From assembly GCF_001194135.2 (NCBI RefSeq), contig NC_068991.1, forward strand, positions 51,286,522 to 51,350,521: a stretch of DNA of 64,000 nt, given 5' to 3'. This stretch comes from Octopus bimaculoides (Eukaryota). Positions within the stretch are counted from its first letter, which is position 1; every line of letters begins with the position of its first letter. A model generated the notes under the pieces. It had not been told where the DNA came from and searched no databases. It saw only the letters and a list, made by a program, of their open reading frames with translations. Made by a program: the position numbers and the translations under genes. Of this stretch, positions 62,801-64,000 are shown in pieces.

Positions 62801-62927
62801 CAGACGAAGAGAAATTAAAATTATATGAGGAGGTTGTCAGAACTCGAAGAAAACTTGTTGAAAGTAACATTCTCCAGCGACCCTCACCAGAAGGTGGAGC
62901 TAACTTTTTCCGTTCAACACTGCGCAA
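7978..62927 (+). CDS. Partial multi-exon gene: MyTH4-FERM domain protein, probably an unconventional myosin tail. Join 7978-8091, 37763-37990, 38397-38528, 45227-45385, 53312-53382, 54352-54541, 56038-56135, 57757-57847, 60279-60683, 62791-62927
   Basis: All ten exons have pyrimidine-tract AG acceptors and GT donors with compatible phases (0,0,0,0,2,0,2,0,0). The spliced frame has no stop over 1625 nt. MyTH4 motifs: [29 protein letters not shown] motifs: [48 protein letters not shown]. Myosin class cannot be fixed without a search. Confidence 0.93.
8345..8490 (+). mobile_element. Family-A SINE copy
   Basis: cattagcacgctggataaaatgcttagc...gttctgagttcaaattcc...ctttcatcctttcagggttgataaaataag. 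Confidence 0.75.
8507..8640 (-). mobile_element. Family F copy, internally deleted (both ends retained)
   Basis: gagtgagagagcagtgcatg fused directly to tggtattgagcagaatatttgctgtagccc...agccactgcctag; left flank (ATT)n. Confidence 0.7.
9130..9518 (-). mobile_element. Family F copy, truncated at one end
   Basis: Colinear with 46005-46387; (ATT)n begins at ~9526. Confidence 0.75.
13430..13772 (-). mobile_element. Family-C SINE copy
   Basis: ctcatttctacagctgagtgaactggagcaatgtgaaataaagtgtcttgctcaagaacacaac is the reverse complement of the family-C body. Confidence 0.78.
15378..15772 (-). mobile_element. Family-B SINE copy (head truncated); another head fragment at 15260-15350
   Basis: ttttacttgtttcagtcatttgactgtggccatgctggagcaccgcc...gacacttgcccaaggtgccatgcagtgggactgaaccc. 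Confidence 0.82.
16525..16850. repeat. Compound (CA)n/(TA)n/(TG)n microsatellite
   Basis: Directly visible. Confidence 0.9.
17708..18090 (-). mobile_element. Family-B SINE copy (diverged)
   Basis: cttttacttgtttcagtcattagactgtggccatactgg...ggactgaacccagaac. Confidence 0.75.
18680..19205 (-). mobile_element. Family-E copy with an expanded ~66-bp tandem unit (about 4.3 copies, 18811-19105)
   Basis: Repeated gccagt...actggcaa.gat..cgct.gaatggtg.ttt.a.gtgccac units. More decayed family-E fragments at ~3095-3290, 10655-10925, 14935-15260, 26990-27155, 43295-43392, 43890-43975, 48165-48300, 53540-53790, 61880-61930. Confidence 0.8.
19330..19625 (+). mobile_element. Probable 3' end of a Tx1/L1-clade LINE
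   Basis: Translates with frameshift to ...[13 protein letters not shown] / [31 protein letters not shown], resembling ORF2 C-termini of mollusc Tx1-like elements (recalled, not searched). Confidence 0.45.
21392..21600 (+). mobile_element. Family-A SINE copy (internally deleted)
   Basis: gaactggcagaattgttagc...ggtcaactttgcctttcatcctttcaggatcgataaaataagtaccag...caaaatttgaaacc. Confidence 0.72.
22235..22505 (-). mobile_element. Family-A SINE copy plus adjacent partial head
   Basis: atcgaccccgaaaggatgaacggcaaagtggacttcggtggaatttgaactcagaacg is the reverse complement of the core. Confidence 0.8.
23261..23352. repeat. 20-bp minisatellite (GCATACATACATATGTTCAT), about 4.6 copies
   Basis: Units start at 23261, 23281, 23301, 23321, 23341 (partial). 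Confidence 0.92.
23355..24292 (-). mobile_element. RTE-clade LINE relic with internal deletions
   Basis: [52 protein letters not shown]; [20 protein letters not shown]; [10 protein letters not shown]...[12 protein letters not shown]; [21 protein letters not shown]. These are RTE/BovB-like ORF motifs; (CATA)n on both flanks. Confidence 0.82.
27560..29260 (-). mobile_element. Decayed R4/Dong-clade non-LTR retrotransposon, copy 1 (5'-truncated RT-RLE ORF); C/A-rich putative 3' UTR may extend to ~27185
   Basis: Manual minus-strand translation across frameshifts gives, in order: [11 protein letters not shown] (YMDD 28953-28964), [20 protein letters not shown]...[45 protein letters not shown] (degenerate CCHC), [11 protein letters not shown], and C-terminal [18 protein letters not shown]. 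All are typical of R4-clade ORFs. Confidence 0.8.
29347..30198 (+). mobile_element. Three head-to-tail family-A SINE copies (29347-29565, 29578-29787, 30034-30198) separated by microsatellites
   Basis: Each has gctggca..a..attag, gttctgagtt.aaat and caactttgcctttcatcctttcag; each is preceded by (ATT)n. Confidence 0.8.
29788..30033. repeat. Compound (CTT)n/(CTC)n polypyrimidine tract ending in (ATT)n
   Basis: About 225 nt of pure C/T with a higher-order (ctt)n-(ctc)n-cccc unit. Confidence 0.95.
30199..30337. other. Assembly gap (139 N)
   Basis: N run. Confidence 1.
30590..30815 (-). mobile_element. tRNA-derived SINE 'family A', least-decayed copy
   Basis: Sense strand has A-box-like T(C)GCAGAAACGT and B-box GAGTTCAAATTCC, body gaggtcgactttgcctttcatcctttcggggtcg; CpGs retained. 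Confidence 0.85.
30860..32625 (-). mobile_element. Decayed R4/Dong-clade non-LTR retrotransposon, copy 2 (RT plus restriction-like endonuclease)
   Basis: [24 protein letters not shown](*)[50 protein letters not shown] (ORF 31556-32074). RLE region [20 protein letters not shown]...ID...P...KE.EK..KY..LK.EI at ~30900-31200. Confidence 0.85.
35396..35712 (+). mobile_element. tRNA-derived SINE 'family C'
   Basis: tgttgtattcttgagcaagacacttcatttcacattgctcctgttcactcagctgtagaaatgag; inverse copy at 13430-13772. Confidence 0.75.
37763..37990 (+). CDS. Exon 2: MyTH4 core, ELTKYIRGE...[44 protein letters not shown]
   Basis: tttcttttctttcaacAG acceptor, AAG|GTAATA donor; 228 nt, phase 0/0; canonical MyTH4 signature. 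Confidence 0.95.
38397..38528 (+). CDS. Exon 3: MyTH4 C-terminus, [44 protein letters not shown] (missed by ORF track)
   Basis: ttgctgttttttgtAG acceptor, TTA|GTAAGT donor; 132 nt, phase 0/0; MyTH4 R..PPS..E motif. Confidence 0.93.
39404..39623. mobile_element. piggyBac-type MITE (220 bp), copy 2, inverted relative to copy 1
   Basis: TTAA at 39400-39403 and 39624-39627; right end GTAATGAAAGGG is the exact reverse complement of copy 1's left TIR; same length; internal blocks align (aaaa(t/c)cttccatca; ttatttt.ctaaat). Confidence 0.75.
40090..40404. mobile_element. hAT (Charlie-like) MITE, 315 bp
   Basis: TIRs CAGGGGTTTTCAAACT / AGTTTGAAAAACCCTG; perfect 8-bp TSD ACATAATT (40082-40089, 40405-40412); repeated subterminal (c/t)GGACCCC motifs. 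Confidence 0.9.
41150..41310 (+). mobile_element. Family-A SINE copy after (ATT)n
   Basis: gtggcagaatgattag...gttctgggttcaaattccaccaaggtcaactttcaggg. Confidence 0.72.
41708..41768. repeat. (GATA)n microsatellite
   Basis: Directly visible. Confidence 0.95.
43408..43835. other. Assembly gap (428 N)
   Basis: N run flanked by (TA)n. Confidence 1.
45227..45385 (+). CDS. Exon 4: FERM F1 start, [53 protein letters not shown]
   Basis: ctcttatttttcAG acceptor, GAG|GTGAGT donor; 159 nt, phase 0/0. Confidence 0.94.
45831..46387 (-). mobile_element. ~557-bp non-coding interspersed element ('family F') embedded in (ATT)n; longest copy in the window; strand inferred
   Basis: (ATT)n on both flanks (45792-45830, 46388-46420); homologous copies at 8507-8640 and 9130-9518; no TIRs or Pol III B-box seen. 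Confidence 0.75.
46771..46780. other. Assembly gap (10 N)
   Basis: N run. Confidence 1.
47130..47295 (-). mobile_element. Family-D 3' tail fragment
   Basis: ggttccagttgatctgatcaacagaacagcctgctcatgaaattaatgtgcaagtggctgagcactccacagac is the reverse complement of the D tail. Confidence 0.7.
47852..48070 (+). mobile_element. Family-A SINE copy
   Basis: gagctggtagaatcattagc...gttctgagttcaaatacc...ctttgcctttcatcc...caaaatttgaaacc. Confidence 0.72.
48581..48964 (-). mobile_element. tRNA-derived SINE 'family B' with central (CA)/(TA) microsatellite
   Basis: Sense head gcaggagtggctgtgtggtaag (A-box) ... ggttcagtcccac (B-box), then ggcaccttgggcaagtgtc (CORE-like ACCTTGGGCAAGT). Confidence 0.85.
49727..50160. 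other. Assembly gap (434 N)
   Basis: N run abutting (TA)n. Confidence 1.
50161..50515. repeat. Compound (TA)n/(TG)n/(GA)n microsatellite next to a gap
   Basis: Directly visible. Confidence 0.9.
53312..53382 (+). CDS. Exon 5: FERM F1, [23 protein letters not shown](Q) (missed by ORF track)
   Basis: ttctttttcctattctctcAG acceptor, CA|GTGAGT donor; 71 nt, phase 0/2; FERM F1 ER....E...D.L..WE pattern. Confidence 0.9.
53868..54253 (+). mobile_element. tRNA-derived SINE ('family D'), near full length, inserted in (GT)n
   Basis: A-box TGGCCCAGTGG, B-box GTTTCGATTCC (53922-53932), CpG-rich, (CAA)-type tail, (GT)n on both sides. Confidence 0.85.
54352..54541 (+). CDS. Exon 6: FERM F1 loop to F2 start, [63 protein letters not shown]
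   Basis: ttctatttccAG acceptor, GAA|GTAAGT donor; 190 nt, phase 2/0. Confidence 0.93.
55487..55775 (-). mobile_element. SINE with family-C-like head and family-D 3' tail
   Basis: Reverse complement contains gtgtctgtggtgtgctcagccac...gttgatcagatcaactggaaccctcgtc (D tail) and cagctggcaaaagtgag / tttatttcacatt (C body). Confidence 0.7.
56038..56135 (+). CDS. Exon 7: FERM F2, [32 protein letters not shown](R) (not in ORF-track frame)
   Basis: gttgtttttcAG acceptor, CG|GTAAAC donor; 98 nt, phase 0/2; FERM LA.LQ.Q...GDY motif. Confidence 0.92.
57165..57522 (+). mobile_element. SINE-like 'family E' with (GAT)n tail, young copy 235 nt upstream of exon 8
   Basis: gagtggttggcgttaggaagg.catccagctgtagaaac...ccaacccatgct..catggaaagcgga.gttaaac(gat)n; internal ~66-bp repeat units. 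Confidence 0.85.
57757..57847 (+). CDS. Exon 8: FERM F2, (R)[30 protein letters not shown]
   Basis: aaacttttacttttAG acceptor, GAA|GTAAGC donor; 91 nt, phase 2/0; FERM Y(L/I)P...W...I...H pattern. Confidence 0.88.
58591..59826 (-). mobile_element. Full-length, inactivated mariner (Tc1/mariner, D,D34D type) DNA transposon in intron 8
   Basis: 31-bp TIRs TTGGGTTGGCAACTAAGTTCCTGCGGTTTTT / AAAAATGGCAGGAACTTAGTTGCCAGCCCAA; TA duplication at 58589-58590 and 59827-59828; 1236 bp. Confidence 0.95.
58667..59695 (-). pseudogene. Mariner transposase pseudogene
   Basis: [25 protein letters not shown] start; AWVLH (WVPHEL-like); [11 protein letters not shown] (D1); LHNN (degenerate HDNA, D2); [13 protein letters not shown] (YSPDLAP, D3); GEYIID*. 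Several in-frame stops and frameshifts. Confidence 0.93.
60279..60683 (+). CDS. Exon 9: end of FERM F2 plus F3 (PH/PTB-like) lobe, [30 protein letters not shown]...[12 protein letters not shown]...[33 protein letters not shown]
   Basis: tttttctcctttttctAG acceptor, AAG|GTACGC donor; 405 nt, phase 0/0. Confidence 0.95.
61490..61725. mobile_element. hAT (Charlie-like) MITE, 236 bp, older
   Basis: Degenerate TIRs CAAAGGTTTTCAACC / AGTTGAGAACTACTG; 8-bp TSD GTTTAAAT (61482-61489, 61726-61733). Confidence 0.78.
62530..62675 (+). mobile_element. Family-A SINE copy, ~115 nt upstream of exon 10
   Basis: gagttaaaattccactgaggttgactttgcctttcatcccttcgagatcaataaaataagtaccag...ggccttgtgc. Confidence 0.75.
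62791..62927 (+). CDS. Exon 10: post-FERM segment, [45 protein letters not shown](K/N)
   Basis: catttgcttcctctaatAG acceptor; open 45-codon frame in phase 0; perfect AA|GTAAGT donor (read-through gives AAG TAA). Below the ORF-track length cut-off. Confidence 0.8.
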
Positions 62928-63766
62928 GTAAGTGGTACACAAATATTTCGTTTCCATTAACATAGCAAACTTATCTCAGAAACAATAACAGTTGTATAAC
63001 CTAAACAGAGTTTGGTTCTGGAATATGTTAAGATTGATCTAAAACTGCTGCAACTAACAAATAAAATTGAACAGTTCAGACCTGCTCAAAGATATTTTAT
63101 AGAAGTCTTGTTAAAAGACAATGCCAAGTCTTTCAATGATTTTCATCTTTTGGCCCAAATATATATTTTTTTCTTTTAAAGACGTTGGAGTGTTTTTCTT
63201 ACAGCTGAAATAGGAGTGATAACAGTTTTTGATATGATAGACATGAAAGAGAAGTCCAGCATTTGAACTTTCTCAGCCATAACTATTGAATCAATGAAAT
63301 ATCTACTAAGATGAAATTATAGCTTGGTAACTTACACCAAACTCAATCTCTCTCATCAAATATTCTGGCTTGGCCATGTTGACTTTATAAGATGAATGTA
63401 TTTGGCTGATATTACCAAAAATTCTTATATCTCCAAAGTCAAATGATGGAAATTATTTTGCTGATTCTTTTATTTTTTTATTTGTTAAGCATGTTAAGCA
63501 TTGTTAATTTAGAATCAAAGTCTGTTTCACCCTTATATTAATAATCAGTAAATTAATTTCAAAAATTGCCTTGTTTATGACTGTTTAAAGAAAACATAAT
63601 ATCAATATAGTGTTTTTGTGAAATACAAGTAAATATGAGGATTATTTTATCTCCAAAAATGTTAAATGTCATATTTTTCTTTTGTCTACCTGTTATATAT
63701 GTATATATCACATACATACACATATACATGTGTGTGTGTGTGTGTGTGTATGTGTGCATATATGAA

Positions 63767-64000
63767 TCATCATCATCATCATCATCGTTTAACGTCCGCT
63801 TTCCATGCTAGCATGGGTTGGACGATTTGACTGAGGACTGGTGAAACCGGATGGCAACACCAGGCTCCAGTCTAATTTGGCAGAGTTTCTACAGCTGGAT
63901 GCCCTTCCTAACGCCAACCACTCAGAGAGTGTAGTGGGTGCTTTTACGTGTCACCCGCACGAAAACGGCCACGCTCGAAATGGTGTCTTTTATGTGCCAC
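63767..64000 (-). mobile_element. Family-E copy, young, runs off the window end
   Basis: (cat)n cgtttaacgtccgctttccatgctagcatgggttggacg...; 8 mismatches in 186 nt against 57337-57522. Confidence 0.88.

Overview
AT-rich eukaryotic genomic DNA, full of (CA)n/(TA)n/(ATT)n microsatellites, tRNA-derived SINEs and five N-gaps. The repeat families look like coleoid cephalopod (Octopus) repeats; this is an inference, not verified. One protein-coding gene crosses the window on the + strand. Ten GT-AG exons (7978-62927, 1625 coding nt, about 541 aa) splice phase-consistently into a MyTH4-FERM protein, most likely the tail of an unconventional myosin; its start lies upstream and it probably continues downstream. 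The first visible intron is 29,671 bp. The introns hold a full-length dead mariner (TIRs, TA TSD), two R4/Dong-clade non-LTR relics, an RTE relic, a probable Tx1-like 3' end and a probable Merlin relic. They also hold two piggyBac-type (TTAA) MITEs, two hAT MITEs (8-bp TSDs), at least five SINE-like families and a ~557-bp (TAA)n-anchored element. Nearly all ORF-track entries are microsatellite artefacts. Best leads: (i) a ~96%-identical inverted SINE pair brackets exons 8-10, which would back-splice into a 633-nt stop-free in-frame circle; (ii) a putative non-autonomous (TAA)n-targeted retroelement; (iii) CpG decay creating strong cryptic 3' splice sites in sense SINE copies; (iv) an atypical post-FERM tail with a possible alternative end.
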